64,000 nucleotides of DNA. Source: Phormidesmis sp. GTDB taxonomy: Bacteria; Cyanobacteriota; Cyanobacteriia; Leptolyngbyales; Leptolyngbyaceae. Shown here in pieces: positions 1-10,769 of this stretch (the stretch's first letter is position 1; every line of letters begins with the position of its first letter). The position numbers and the translations under genes were made by a program. The notes beneath the pieces were generated by a model. The model made no database searches. It was not told the origin of the DNA and saw only the letters and a program-made list of their open reading frames with translations. The DNA lies in assembly GCA_965248535.1 (NCBI GenBank), contig CBDFJR010000002.1, positions 672,001 to 736,000 of the forward strand. Direction: 5' to 3'.

Positions 1-1419
1 TCTCCGCGCCTTAGTCCCGATGGGTCTTATCTCTCTTGGGTTTCGTGGAACCACCCTAAGATGCCCTGGGATGGCACCGATTTGTGGGTGGCGCGCATTC
101 AGTCAGATGGAAGTTTGAGTGAGCCTCAACACATCGCAGGCGGCAAAGAAGAATCGATTTTTCAGCCGGAGTGGTCGCCTGATGGCGTGCTTTATTTTAT
201 CAGCGATCGCTCTGGTTGGTGGAATTTTGATCGCTGGCATCCTCAAGGTGAAGTCGAGTCTGTCATAACATTAGAAGCAGAATTTGGCTTACCTCAGTGG
301 GTGTTTGGGATGTCTACCTATGGGTTTGCTGCCAGCAATCAAATTCTCTGCACCTACACTCAAAACGGCATCAGTCACTTAGCGACTCTGGACTTGACTA
401 CTAGTGAGCTTGCGTCTGTAGATTGTCTCTACACCAGCATTGCGGGGCTGCAAGTAAACTCTGAGCAAACTGCGTTTGTAGGTGGGTCAGCGACTCAGCC
501 AGCAGCGATCGTGCAGTTTGATCTCAACTCTCAAACGTTCAACGTCTTGCAGCGTGCTAGCGAGTTAACGATCGAGTCTAGCTATCTCTCGGCTCCTGAA
601 GCGATCGAGTTTCCCACAGAAAACGGCTTAACGGCTCATGCGCTTTACTATGCGCCCAAAAATCGTGACTACACGGCTCCCAAAGGCGAACTTCCGCCTC
701 TCTTAGTCAAAAGTCACGGCGGGCCGACAGCCTCCACGTCGGCGGCTCTGAGTCTGGGCATTCAATATTGGACAAGTCGCGGGTTTGCGGTGCTGGATGT
801 CAACTATGGCGGCAGCACAGGCTATGGTCGCGCTTATCGGCAACGGCTCAACAATCAGTGGGGCATTGTTGACGTAGATGATTGCGCCAATGGTGCCAAA
901 TATCTGACCGCACAGGGCAAAGTTGATGGCGATCGCTTGGTGATTGCAGGCGGCAGTGCGGGCGGTTACACAACGCTGTGTGCGCTCACGTTTCGCAACA
1001 CGTTTAAGGCAGGAGCTAGCTATTACGGGGTCAGCGATCTCAAGGCATTAGCCGAAGACACCCACAAGTTTGAGTCGCGCTATTTGGATAGTTTGATTGG
1101 TGCTTACCCAGAACAAAAAGATTTGTATGATCAGCGATCGCCGATTAGTGCCGTCGATCGGCTGGCGTGTCCAGTCATTTTCTTCCAAGGTGACGAAGAT
1201 AAGATCGTGCCGCCTAACCAGGCCGAAATGATGGTGAATGCGCTGCGCGAGAAGGGAATTCCGGTGGCGTATGTGCTGTTTGAAGGCGAACAACACGGCT
1301 TTCGCAAAGCTGAAAATATCAAACGGGCGCTGGATGGAGAGTTTTATTTCTATTCGCGGGTGTTTAGGTTTTACCCGGCCGAGCGCATTGACGCGGTGAC
1401 GATCGAGAATCTTTCTTGA
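1..1419 (+). CDS. S9 family (prolyl oligopeptidase/acylaminoacyl) peptidase, 5'-truncated by window edge
   Basis: Frame open from base 1. Motifs [13 protein letters not shown], nucleophile GGSAGG, Asp in QGDED and His in EQHGF. Confidence 0.9.
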   Translation, partial: SPRLSPDGSYLSWVSWNHPKMPWDGTDLWVARIQSDGSLSEPQHIAGGKEESIFQPEWSPDGVLYFISDRSGWWNFDRWHPQGEVESVITLEAEFGLPQWVFGMSTYGFAASNQILCTYTQNGISHLATLDLTTSELASVDCLYTSIAGLQVNSEQTAFVGGSATQPAAIVQFDLNSQTFNVLQRASELTIESSYLSAPEAIEFPTENGLTAHALYYAPKNRDYTAPKGELPPLLVKSHGGPTASTSAALSLGIQYWTSRGFAVLDVNYGGSTGYGRAYRQRLNNQWGIVDVDDCANGAKYLTAQGKVDGDRLVIAGGSAGGYTTLCALTFRNTFKAGASYYGVSDLKALAEDTHKFESRYLDSLIGAYPEQKDLYDQRSPISAVDRLACPVIFFQGDEDKIVPPNQAEMMVNALREKGIPVAYVLFEGEQHGFRKAENIKRALDGEFYFYSRVFRFYPAERIDAVTIENLS

Positions 1420-1480
1420 AGTCTGGGTTGAAGGTTTGGGTCAAAAAGAAGGAGGGTTCCGCGATCGATTTGCTGGTTGG

Positions 1481-1510
1481 GAGGGGGCACGGCTTGCCAT
1501 GCCCTTACGG
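1481..1510 (-). repeat. REP-like/short dispersed palindromic repeat, copy 1
   Basis: GGGCACGGCTTGCCATGCCC (1485-1504) is identical to 6265-6284. The minus strand begins GTAAGGGC. Intergenic between convergent genes. Confidence 0.7.
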
Positions 1511-1541
1511 GGGCTATCTAAAATCGCCGATCGGGTGTTTT

Positions 1542-2655
1542 CTAGGCTTCGACTAGCTGATTATCTTGGCGCAAACACGCCTCAATAAAACTATCTAATT
1601 CTCCATTCATCACATCTTGAATGGCGGTGGTTTCAACTCCGGTGCGGAGATCTTTGACCATTTGGTAGGGGTGAAACACATAGTTGCGGATTTGATTGCC
1701 CCAAGCCGCTTCTACAATGTCTCCGCGAATATCAGCAACTTCTTTGGCCTTCTGCTCTTGAGCAATAATCAGCAGCTTGGCTTTGAGAATCACCAGAGCT
1801 TTCTCTTTGTTTTGAAGCTGCGATCGCTCCTCAGTGCATCTCACGGCAATGCCCGTCGGCAGGTGCGTAATCCGCACAGCAGTTTCAACTTTGTTAACGT
1901 TTTGCCCGCCTTTGCCGCCAGCGCGAGAGGTCGTAATCTCCAAATCTTTATCGGGAATGTCTAACTTTACCGACGTGTCAATCATCGGCATCACTTCTAC
2001 CCCGGCAAAGCTGGTTTGGCGCTTGTCGTTGGCGTTAAATGGCGAAATTCTCACCAGACGATGGGTGCCTTTTTCGACCTTGAGATAGCCGTAGGCATAT
2101 TTGCCATCAATTTCTAAAGTGGCGGATTTAATACCCGCCTCGTCGCCCTCTGACTCTTCGGTGAGATGCACTTTATAGCCGTGAGACTCTCCCCACCGGG
2201 TATACATTCTCAGCAGCATTTCTGCCCAATCTTGAGCATCGGTGCCGCCAGCCCCCGCGTTGATCGTGAGAATCGCGCCTTTAGCGTCGTAGGTGCCCGA
2301 CAGCATTTGCTGAAGCTCCCACTGGTCGAGTTCTTGCTTGAGTTGACGAGTTTTTTGCTGCCCTTCTTCTAACAGCGAATCGTCCATTTCTAGCTCTAGC
2401 AGTTCTAAAATTGCCTGAGCATCGGCGAGATGAGTTTGCCAGTGTTCAAACTGCTGAAGGTGAGATTTATAGTCGTTGAGTTCTTGCAAAATCTGTTGAG
2501 CTTTGGTCTGGTCTTCCCACAGTTCGGGTTGGGCAGCGACTTGCTCTAAATCTTGAATTTTTGCGGTCAGGGCAGGAACGTCAAAGATACTCCTGAGTTT
2601 TACCCAGGCGATCAGATAACCCTTCAACGTCGCGCTTTAGCTCTACAGTATCCAT
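1542..2655 (-). CDS. prfB: Peptide chain release factor 2 with programmed +1 frameshift
   Basis: ATG at 2655 gives [24 protein letters not shown], then CTT-TGA-C (2586-2580) preceded by internal SD AGGAG. The downstream frame has SPF and GGQ motifs. Confidence 0.97.
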
Positions 2656-2750
2656 ACGATCGCTCGTTTCCTTGAACAGTATTGTTTATTCTAGCGGCAC
2701 TTCGATTAGAGTTGACTCATTCATCAGAACTCAGCCCCAAATCGAACCCT

Positions 2751-3731
2751 ATGGGAGACCTCAACCACCCATTTCAGTCGTTTCTCAACGATCTCTATCT
2801 TAAATATAAGCCGCTCACCGATGGCACCCTGGCTAGCTATATCCCTGAATTGGCAAAGGTCGATCCTGACTGCTTTAGCATTTGCGTGGTCACCGTAGAC
2901 GGTCGAATTTTTGAAGTCGGAGACGCACAGCAGCTATTTACGATTCAGTCTATCTCGAAGGTGTTTGTTTATGGCATGGCGCTGGCAGAGCACGGGCGCG
3001 AAAAAGTGCTGGCTAAAGTGGGCGTTGAGCCAACAGGCGACCCGTTTAACTCGCTGATTCGACTGGATGAATCGTCAAAGCGACCCGATAACCCAATGGT
3101 GAACGCAGGCGCGATCGCCACCACCAGTCTGATCAAAGGCACCGGGGCGACCGAGCGCTTAAATCAAATGCTCGATATGTTTCGGCGCTATATCGGGCGC
3201 GATGTTTATATCGATATGTCGGTGTTTATGTCAGAGCGATCGACGGGGCACCGCAATCGCGCTATGGCTCACCTGATGCGACATTTTGGCATGATCGACG
3301 AGAAGATCGACGAGGCGCTGGATCTCTATTTTCAGCAATGTTCTCTGATGGTCAATGGCCGCGATTTGGCTGTGATGGCAGCAACCCTAGCCAACAAAGG
3401 CGTGAACCCGATGACGGGCGATCGGGCCATTCCCGCCCAATACATTCGCGATGTGCTGTCGGTGATGTATACCTGCGGGATGTATAACTTTGCGGGGGAA
3501 TGGGCTTATAAAGTCGGACTGCCCGCCAAAAGTGGCGTGTCGGGAGGCATCATTGCCGTAGTTCCCAATCAGGTCGGCATCGCGGTTTTTTCGCCGCCGT
3601 TAGATGCTCACGGCAACAGCGTCCGCGGGATTAGAGTCTGCGAAGACCTAGCGCGAGAGTTTGAGTTACATATGTTTGACTTGCCGATGGGCTGCTCTCA
3701 CTTTCGACAGACATTGGCTAACGAACCGTAA
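2751..3731 (+). CDS. glsA: Glutaminase A
   Basis: Motifs YIPELA, QSISK (catalytic SxxK), [17 protein letters not shown] and PAKSGVSGG. Start ATG at 2751 chosen. Confidence 0.93.
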   Translation: MGDLNHPFQSFLNDLYLKYKPLTDGTLASYIPELAKVDPDCFSICVVTVDGRIFEVGDAQQLFTIQSISKVFVYGMALAEHGREKVLAKVGVEPTGDPFNSLIRLDESSKRPDNPMVNAGAIATTSLIKGTGATERLNQMLDMFRRYIGRDVYIDMSVFMSERSTGHRNRAMAHLMRHFGMIDEKIDEALDLYFQQCSLMVNGRDLAVMAATLANKGVNPMTGDRAIPAQYIRDVLSVMYTCGMYNFAGEWAYKVGLPAKSGVSGGIIAVVPNQVGIAVFSPPLDAHGNSVRGIRVCEDLAREFELHMFDLPMGCSHFRQTLANEP

Positions 3732-3823
3732 AAAACCTGCTTTTTGGGTCAGTCAACACGGTATAGTCACGGCAGAGGCGTTTGCCTCACAGTTTTTTAG
3801 TGGGCAATCGTCAGGAGAAAGTA

Positions 3824-4504
3824 ATGGTCAGAAGACAACCCGCCGCCAATTCCCGCAAGACAACGCCTCCCCCATCGCCCCAGACTCCTGTGGTAGACGC
3901 AGAGTTGCTGCCGGAAGAGGCTGGGAAGCCCGTTGAGGCAACCGATCTGGAGAAAGATGCATGGGCAGCAGAGCCAGTCGAAGTGGTGGCTGAATCCGTA
4001 CCCGACGTTGCGCCCCCAGAAGATCCTCCTGCCGAAACCCCTGCTAATTCAGCGTTAGAAGCTAACGTGATGGCGCTCAAAGAGTCGTTAGATCAATCCA
4101 CTCAAAAAGAGCAGCATTTGCAGAAAAGTGTTGAAGACCTACGATCGCAGCTTGATGAGCAAACTGCCCTAGTCAAAAAGCTGCAAACCAGTCTAGAAAA
4201 GGCGAATAAGATTCAGTCAGAGCTAGATCAGACTCAAAAAGCAGCGCTGAAGTTAGCCGAGTCAAATCAAGCGCTGATTGACGAAAATAAAGCCCTCAAA
4301 CAAGAACAGCAAACCCTCAAGGCAGATTTGGCAAGCAAAGCAAAGTCTTCCCAACTAACGGTGCAGCCCAGCCCACAACCTGCTGCTGAGAGCCGACAAG
4401 ACAGCCTTCGTAGACAGCAAGCAGCGACGCTTTCTCATCCCGTGTTTCCTAATGAGCCGATGAAAAATAGTTTTTCAGATCAAGACATTGGCTGGTTTGA
4501 TTAG
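3824..4504 (+). CDS. Hypothetical protein: disordered acidic/Pro-rich N-terminus, long coiled coil, C-terminal DIGWFD motif
   Basis: AGGAG SD before ATG 3824; heptad-rich central region. Confidence 0.75.
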   Translation: MVRRQPAANSRKTTPPPSPQTPVVDAELLPEEAGKPVEATDLEKDAWAAEPVEVVAESVPDVAPPEDPPAETPANSALEANVMALKESLDQSTQKEQHLQKSVEDLRSQLDEQTALVKKLQTSLEKANKIQSELDQTQKAALKLAESNQALIDENKALKQEQQTLKADLASKAKSSQLTVQPSPQPAAESRQDSLRRQQAATLSHPVFPNEPMKNSFSDQDIGWFD

Positions 4505-4552
4505 GGCGTTGGCTGCAAAATAAAGATAGTTGTGCAGAACAAACAGTAGTGG

Positions 4553-5251
4553 GTGAAAACGGTGGTGAAAACGCTAGCGATCGACATTGGCGGAAGCGGC
4601 ATCAAGACCCTGGTGCTTGATGAATCAGGACAGCCTCAGACCGAGCGTTCTCGTAGCGAAACGCCTCAACCTGCAAAGCCCGATCTGGTGCTTGACGCGA
4701 TCGTGGCTCTCGCCCAACAGCAGGGCGAGTTCGATCGGGCTTCGGCTGGGTTTCCGGGGGTGGTGCGGGCTGGCATCACCGAAACAGCAGCCAATCTCGA
4801 CCCCGATTGGATCGGGCTAGATCTGGCAAAGGCGTTAAGCGATCGCTTGGGCAAACCCGTCCGGGTGGTCAACGATGCCGATATGCAGGGCATGGGCGCG
4901 ATCTCAGGGCACGGCGTTGAACTGGTGATCACCCTTGGCACTGGGTTTGGGTCTGCCTTGTTTCTCAATGGCAAACTGGTGCCCAATTTAGAAATGGGAC
5001 ACCACGAGTTTCGCAACGAAGAAACCTATGAGCAGCAATTAGGACGAGCCGCTTTAGATCGCGTCGGTCAAAAAAAATGGAATCGACGCTTAGAGAAAGC
5101 GATCGTGTCTCTCAGAAGTTTGTTTAACTACGATCGACTTTACATCGGCGGCGGCAACACTAATAAAATCACGATCGAGCTACCATCCAATATCAAAATC
5201 GTTCCCAATGTATCCGGTTTGTTAGGTGGCATTGCGCTCTGGCGAGATTGA
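4553..5251 (+). CDS. ppgK: ROK family kinase, polyphosphate glucokinase-like
   Basis: Motifs IDIGGSGIK, GFPGVV, NDADMQG, ITLGTGFGSALF, NLEMGH and YIGGGN. Confidence 0.8.
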   Translation: MKTVVKTLAIDIGGSGIKTLVLDESGQPQTERSRSETPQPAKPDLVLDAIVALAQQQGEFDRASAGFPGVVRAGITETAANLDPDWIGLDLAKALSDRLGKPVRVVNDADMQGMGAISGHGVELVITLGTGFGSALFLNGKLVPNLEMGHHEFRNEETYEQQLGRAALDRVGQKKWNRRLEKAIVSLRSLFNYDRLYIGGGNTNKITIELPSNIKIVPNVSGLLGGIALWRD

Positions 5252-5258
5252 CTAGTAC

Positions 5259-5290
5259 AGACCTCTGACTTCTCAAGAAGTCAGAGGTCT
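5259..5290. terminator. 15-bp perfect hairpin between convergent ROK and pirin genes (terminator or short dispersed repeat)
   Basis: AGACCTCTGACTTCT-CA-AGAAGTCAGAGGTCT, followed by a degenerate half copy GTCGGAGATCT. Confidence 0.65.
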
Positions 5291-5383
5291 TAGAGGGTCG
5301 GAGATCTTAGAAGCGATCGCGATCGTGCCCTACATCTGCTTCGGTTAACTAATGGCTACGCAGAAAGCACTGCACCGCTAAAG

Positions 5384-6082
5384 TTAAGCCAGGTCAAACA
5401 CCAGCACTTCGGCCAGGTCGTTGCCTGTCAAATCGAGTTGGGTTTCTTGACTCACGGCGGCAGCATCTCCTTGAGACAAAGGTTGACCATTGAGCACCAC
5501 AGAGCCACGGGCCACCTGCACCCAAAGGTGACGATCGTCTTTGACACCAAGATTCACCTGCTCACCTGCACCGAGCACCGTGGCGTAGAGATTGAGATCT
5601 TGATGCACCTTAACCGAACCCTCGCGCCCATCTTGAGACGCAATCAGGCAGAGCTTTTCGCGCTTTTGTGCGTCTGAATAGGCCGTTTGCTCATATCCTG
5701 GCTCTAAGCCGTTTGTGTCGGGCAAAATCCAGATTTGCAGCAGATGGGTGCCTTCGCGATCGGAGTGGTTATATTCGCTATGGCTGACCCCGGTGCCTGC
5801 TGTCATGCGCTGCACTTCGCCGGGCCGCATCACTGCCCGATTGCCCATGCTGTCTTGGTGCTCTAGCGCCCCTTCTAGCACATAGGTCAAAATCTCCATA
5901 TCTCGGTGAGAATGGGTGCCAAAGCCTCGCTTGGGGGCGATCTGATCTTCGTTGATCACTCGCAGGCTGCTAAAGCCCATAAAGTTTGGGTCGTAGTAGT
6001 CAGCAAAGGAAAAGGTGTGATAGGAGTCTAGCCAACCGCGGTTGGCGTGGCCGCGATCGCCGGATTTACGAATCGTAATCAT
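5384..6082 (-). CDS. Pirin family protein (YhhW-like)
   Basis: Motifs WLDSYHTFSFADYYDP, HSHRDMEI, AGTGVSHSEYN and LQIWI. Confidence 0.93.
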   Translation of the reverse strand: MITIRKSGDRGHANRGWLDSYHTFSFADYYDPNFMGFSSLRVINEDQIAPKRGFGTHSHRDMEILTYVLEGALEHQDSMGNRAVMRPGEVQRMTAGTGVSHSEYNHSDREGTHLLQIWILPDTNGLEPGYEQTAYSDAQKREKLCLIASQDGREGSVKVHQDLNLYATVLGAGEQVNLGVKDDRHLWVQVARGSVVLNGQPLSQGDAAAVSQETQLDLTGNDLAEVLVFDLA

Positions 6083-6260
6083 GGTTTCCTCTCTGTAAAC
6101 CTTTGTAGAAAAAATGTTTGGGTTGTAAATGTCTTGACTCGTACTTTATGCCTTTAGAGTAACATATCGATTGTTTAGATGCAAACGATTTTGGGCGATC
6201 GGATGATCTCGTTTTGGATGGCGGTTTTTGAAGACAATGGTGATGAGATGGGACGATTGG

Positions 6261-6290
6261 AGGAGGGCACGGCTTGCCATGCCCCTACGG
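6261..6290 (-). repeat. REP-like/short dispersed palindromic repeat, copy 2
   Basis: GGAGGGCACGGCTTGCCATGCCCCTACGG; the minus strand starts GTAGGGGC (GTAG-type foot). Confidence 0.7.
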
Positions 6291-6310
6291 TGGTATTTTG
6301 CGTTTTTTAT

Positions 6311-7030
6311 ATGGCTTTGGTTTATCAATATCCGCCGCTCTATCCGGGCGTTTTGCTCAAACGCTACAAACGATTTTTTGCTGATGTTGAGTTGTCGTCT
6401 GGTGAGGTCGTGACGGCTCACTGCCCCAACACTGGGCCCATGACGGGGCTATATATTCCCGGTCAGCCTGTGCAATTGTCTCTTAGCCCCAATCCCAACC
6501 GCAAACTGCCCTACACCTGGGAGATGATCGAGGTCGCCGATCGAGACATTCCTGCTTGGGTGGGAGTCAATACGGCGTTGCCCAATCGGGTCGTCAAACT
6601 GGCGCTCGAACAAGGTCTCTTTCCTGAATTGGGAGCTTATCGCGAGATTAAAGGCGAAGTCGCTTATGGACAAGAAAAAAGCCGGATTGATTTCCTACTG
6701 ACGGACGAATTAGGGCAATCGATTTATCTCGAAGTCAAAAGCACGACTTGGACTGACGGACGGCTCGCCCGATTTCCCGATACGGTCACCACACGGGGAC
6801 AAAAGCACTTGCGAGAACTAATTGCACTATTACCCAACGCGAGAGCCGTCATGCTCTATTTCATCAATCGCGGCGACTGCGACCAGTTTGCCCCCGGAGA
6901 CAGCGCCGACCCGGTTTATGGTCAGCTATTGCGAGAAGCGATCGCCCTTGGTTTAGAAGTTCTGCCCTGCCGATTTAACGTCACCCCGATCGGCATTGAC
7001 TATTTAGGTTTAGCCACGATCGCCTTTTGA
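6311..7030 (+). CDS. sfsA: Sugar fermentation stimulation protein / DNA-RNA nuclease SfsA
   Basis: Motifs KRYKRFFADV, HCPNTGPM, SRIDF, YLEVKS and FPDTVTTRGQKHL. True start likely ATG 6311. Confidence 0.93.
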   Translation: MALVYQYPPLYPGVLLKRYKRFFADVELSSGEVVTAHCPNTGPMTGLYIPGQPVQLSLSPNPNRKLPYTWEMIEVADRDIPAWVGVNTALPNRVVKLALEQGLFPELGAYREIKGEVAYGQEKSRIDFLLTDELGQSIYLEVKSTTWTDGRLARFPDTVTTRGQKHLRELIALLPNARAVMLYFINRGDCDQFAPGDSADPVYGQLLREAIALGLEVLPCRFNVTPIGIDYLGLATIAF

Positions 7031-7270
7031 AACACGATCCGCAAGTTCAACGCCCGAATAATGAAGGTTTAGCAAAGTATCCGTGTTTTGCCCCCTATCT
7101 TGAGAAAGACTTAAGGGTAAATTTTCGGTCTGAACTAGTGCTTTTGTGCTTAAATAAGCCTTGATCAAACCACCCAAGCCAAAAACAGGATTGGGCCACC
7201 CGATCGCTCTGAGCAATAATAGCGATCGATTCACTCGTCCCTAAGCAGTCCCCCATTGAGGAGCGAAAGA

Positions 7271-7933
7271 ATGCGGCAAGTCCTGAAATCATTAATGACT
7301 CTACTCAAGTCAGCTTCTAAAAGACATTTGATGCTTCTAGCAGGTCTGGGCTTTGTGACCGCTATCTTGCTGGGCTGGAGTCAAGGCAACGCCACTGCTC
7401 TAGAGCCTGGATCAATTCAGGCTGCGGTCGGGCGCACCTGGCAAGGCGCATCCTTCCCGGTCGAAAACTTTCAGGGCTACACCTCTCCGTTTGGCTATCG
7501 TCAATCGCCCGATGGCTCAGTCAATCAGGAGTTTCACCGCGGACTGGATATGGCCGCCCCCGAAGGCAGCTATATTCGCAGTTGGTGGGGTGGCAAAGTC
7601 GCTGAAGTCACTGACAACACGGCTTGTGGCACGTCGATCGTTATTCAGTCTGGCGAGTGGGAGCACATCTATTGCCACATGAATGGCCACGTTGAAACCG
7701 ATGGAAATGGCAAATATTTGAGCGATCGCAACGGCGGTCTCCAAATCTGGGAGGGTCAAACGATCCCTGCGGGTGCTCGCATTGGTCGTGTCGGCATGAC
7801 CGGACGCACCACCGGGCCTCACCTGCACTGGGGCTTAAAATATTCGCGGCAGTGGGTTGACCCGGCGATGGTGCTAAGAGCGATGTATGCCGAGCAAACT
7901 GGTTCACGGTCAGCGTCAAACCGTTCTGAATAA
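7271..7933 (+). CDS. M23 family metallopeptidase (secreted)
   Basis: Hydrophobic N-terminus; HRGLD, YCH and GRTTGPHLH zinc motifs. Start uncertain (7271 or 7295). Confidence 0.88.
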   Translation: MRQVLKSLMTLLKSASKRHLMLLAGLGFVTAILLGWSQGNATALEPGSIQAAVGRTWQGASFPVENFQGYTSPFGYRQSPDGSVNQEFHRGLDMAAPEGSYIRSWWGGKVAEVTDNTACGTSIVIQSGEWEHIYCHMNGHVETDGNGKYLSDRNGGLQIWEGQTIPAGARIGRVGMTGRTTGPHLHWGLKYSRQWVDPAMVLRAMYAEQTGSRSASNRSE

Positions 7934-7971
7934 ATCAGGGAGATCAAAAGCGGGCCAAAGTAGATAGGTCT

Positions 7972-8127
7972 CTATTCTTTGGCATCCGATCGACGGCGGC
8001 GGCACCGTTCTGAGCAATATTTCACCTCATCCCAATTTTTCTCCCATTTTTTGCGCCAGGTAAACGGTAGCCCACAAACGGGACAGACTTTGGTGGGCAA
8101 ATCAGACTTAGAGCGAGCGCGTCCCAT
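7972..8127 (-). CDS. DUF2256 small zinc-binding protein
   Basis: [19 protein letters not shown]...VKYCSERC, 51 aa. Confidence 0.9.
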   Translation of the reverse strand: MGRARSKSDLPTKVCPVCGLPFTWRKKWEKNWDEVKYCSERCRRRRSDAKE

Positions 8128-8213
8128 ACTTAAAAAAGGTTGAAGCAGGTTAATCTTCTTCAATGTAGATCGCAAACTAAAGCGCTGATTGAGAATATCG
8201 CGACTTCTCTAAC

Positions 8214-9008
8214 ATGACTCAATCTGCCCTCGATCGTGTCCGAATTATTCTCGTAGAGCCAGCCGGGGCGCTGAATGTCGGCTCGATCGCCCGGATCATG
8301 AAAAATATGGGGCTATCTCACCTAGTGCTCGTGAATCCCCAGTGTGATCCTGGTTCCGCAGAGGCTCGGCAAATGGCAGTCCATGCCGATGATCTGTTAA
8401 GAGCCGCCCAAATTAAACCAACCCTGCCGGAAGCGCTGAGAGGATGTCACCGAGCGATCGCCACGACCGTGCGATCGCGGGCGATCGCTACTTCCCTTGA
8501 GCATCCTAGAGATGCCTTGCCTTGGCTTTTAGAAAACTTTCAAGCAGACGGACAAACCGCCCTGATTTTTGGAGCCGAAGAACGAGGACTGAGCAACGAA
8601 GAACTCAACTGCGCCCAGCGATTTGTCTACATTCCCTCTAGCCCAGTTTATCCGTCACTCAATTTGGCCCAGGCTGTCGCCATCTGCTGCTATGAGTTGT
8701 CTCAAATTCTCAGCGATCAAAACACCTCTACCAGCGCCCTTGTAGACCCTGTAGACCCTGAACCTTCAAGCCCAGCGCCCCTTGACGAAATCGAAGCCTA
8801 TTGTCAGCACCTCGAACGGGTCTTGCTCAAAATCGGCTATCTTCAGCCTCACACTGCTAACAGCCGCATGGAAAAATTTAGGCGACTGCTCAATCGCGCT
8901 TACCCATCGGCGGCAGAAGTCGCTTTATTGCGGGGAGTCTTGCGCCAGGGTGAATGGGCCTTAAACGCCAAAACCCCGCTCTCTGACTCTGACTCAAAAT
9001 CCTTATAA
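8214..9008 (+). CDS. TrmJ/LasT-type SPOUT RNA methyltransferase
   Basis: Motifs LVEPAGALNVGSIARIMKNMG, FGAEERGLSNEEL and SLNLAQAV. Confidence 0.88.
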   Translation: MTQSALDRVRIILVEPAGALNVGSIARIMKNMGLSHLVLVNPQCDPGSAEARQMAVHADDLLRAAQIKPTLPEALRGCHRAIATTVRSRAIATSLEHPRDALPWLLENFQADGQTALIFGAEERGLSNEELNCAQRFVYIPSSPVYPSLNLAQAVAICCYELSQILSDQNTSTSALVDPVDPEPSSPAPLDEIEAYCQHLERVLLKIGYLQPHTANSRMEKFRRLLNRAYPSAAEVALLRGVLRQGEWALNAKTPLSDSDSKSL

Positions 9009-9236
9009 GCGACCGCTCCGCTAGTCCGATCGCTTAGGAGAGTTGCCGACAGACCTTGAGCAACGATCCTAAATATTTTTACACTGGCTGCCAAATTCGT
9101 TTAACTCATGTAGAATCCCTACATCTGGTGGGTCAAGGCGCTCTTTTGGGTTAACCGTTCCGCAGCTAGAAAGGGATTCTAAAGTGACCGTTCAAACCTT
9201 GTTATTGTTCGCTTTCATAAATCGAGGGTTATCTCA

Positions 9237-10769
9237 ATGCGGGAATCTGGCAACGACTTAAACACGCCACCTGAGAACGATGTCTCAGCCTATCAGCCGG
9301 ATGCGTCTATGCGCTTTGGGAAGAAACTGCCCGCTCCGCGTCAAGCCCCGCCTACGGCTCGTGCTAAAGAGCGGCGATCGCGCAAACTAGAGCCAGTCCG
9401 AGGTCGCAAACCAGCCCCGCTAAATAGAAAAAATCCGGCGGACAATCGGGTGCCTCCTGCTCGCACCGCCCTAAAATTTGACGAAAAACTGAAGTCAGAA
9501 CCCGATCGCCTCAGAGAGCAGCGCGATCGCCGCCGCAACGCCCCAGAGGTGACTTCCTCGGCCGAAAGTCGTCGGCTCAAGCCTGTGCCCAAACCTGTCC
9601 CTCAAAGCACGTCTCAGCGCCGCAGCCGATCGCCTCGCAAACTTTCGATGCTGTCCGCAAACACGCCGCCTCGTCCTCGAACTCGATCGGGCACCGCGAT
9701 CGTCTATGGCACCCGGCTGCTCATTTTAGGCGTTGGCTTGGGAGTTTTAGCCGGAACGATTTTGTCAGCCTGGGACCCGGCCCGCTATTTGACCGCAGGA
9801 GCCGCCCTGTCAGAAAAAACTGAGCAGGCAGCAACGGTTTCTACAACGCCCGATCAGTTGCCAGCGCTAGCGCTAGGGCAGGAGATCTTGCCCTTAAAGA
9901 CTGACATTCAAGCTTTGATTGCCCAGCAGACTCAACTCAGCCCTGGCATGATGATTGTGGATTTAGACAACAATGCTTATCTCAATCTCAACGCCTCAGC
10001 CGCGTTGCCCTGCGCCAGCACGATTAAGCTGCCTGTGTTAGTCGCCTTTTTTCAAGATGTCGATGCCGGAAAAATCCATCTTGACGAACTGTTGACAATG
10101 CGCCCCGACCTAGTAGCGACTGAATCGGGCGAGATGCAATATCAGCCCGTGGGATCGCAATTTACCGCGTTAGAAACGGCGACTAAAATGATCACCGTTA
10201 GCGACAATACAGCCACCAACATTCTGATCGATCGCTTAGGCGGCAAAGATGCGCTGACCCAACGGTTTCAATCATGGGGGCTGACTAGCACCACAATTCG
10301 GAATCTACTACCTGATGTTGAGGGCACCAATACCAGCAGTTCTCAAGATCTCGTGACCATGTTGGGTCTGGTCAGCAACGGAAAATTATTGTCGATGCGA
10401 TCACGCGATCGCATGTTAGACATTCTGCGCCACACCGTCAACAACTCCCTGCTGCCGATCGGGTTGGGCGAAGGCGCGACGATCGCTCACAAAACAGGCA
10501 GCATTGGCACCATGATTGGTGATGTTGGTCTAGTCGATCTGCCCAGCGGCAAGCGCTATTTGATTGCCGCCATGGTCAAGCGACCCCGTGACGATGAGCG
10601 GGCAGAAGAACTGATTCGTCAGGTGTCTCGCCTCACTTATCAATATTTTAGCCAACCCACCCCAACTCAAAACGGCAATTCGGGGCAGCTAAATCCGGCG
10701 TTGAGCAGCCCTCAAACCAGCCCTCAAGGAACCTCTTTGCCGAAAACCAAAGTTGCCCAGCCTAACTGA
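9237..10769 (+). CDS. Membrane-anchored class A beta-lactamase-fold serine hydrolase (PBP-A-like)
   Basis: Arg/Pro-rich disordered N-terminus, one TM helix, then ASTIK (SxxK), SDN and KTG. No obvious E166 equivalent. Confidence 0.85.
   Translation: MRESGNDLNTPPENDVSAYQPDASMRFGKKLPAPRQAPPTARAKERRSRKLEPVRGRKPAPLNRKNPADNRVPPARTALKFDEKLKSEPDRLREQRDRRRNAPEVTSSAESRRLKPVPKPVPQSTSQRRSRSPRKLSMLSANTPPRPRTRSGTAIVYGTRLLILGVGLGVLAGTILSAWDPARYLTAGAALSEKTEQAATVSTTPDQLPALALGQEILPLKTDIQALIAQQTQLSPGMMIVDLDNNAYLNLNASAALPCASTIKLPVLVAFFQDVDAGKIHLDELLTMRPDLVATESGEMQYQPVGSQFTALETATKMITVSDNTATNILIDRLGGKDALTQRFQSWGLTSTTIRNLLPDVEGTNTSSSQDLVTMLGLVSNGKLLSMRSRDRMLDILRHTVNNSLLPIGLGEGATIAHKTGSIGTMIGDVGLVDLPSGKRYLIAAMVKRPRDDERAEELIRQVSRLTYQYFSQPTPTQNGNSGQLNPALSSPQTSPQGTSLPKTKVAQPN

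Noticed and set aside
9110..9122. NtcA-like palindrome GTAGAATCCCTAC
   Set aside because: Spacer is 7 nt rather than 8.
9237..10769. Antibiotic-resistance beta-lactamase
   Set aside because: Membrane-anchored with a long disordered N-terminus and no evident deacylating Glu166; fits the cyanobacterial PBP-A-like family.
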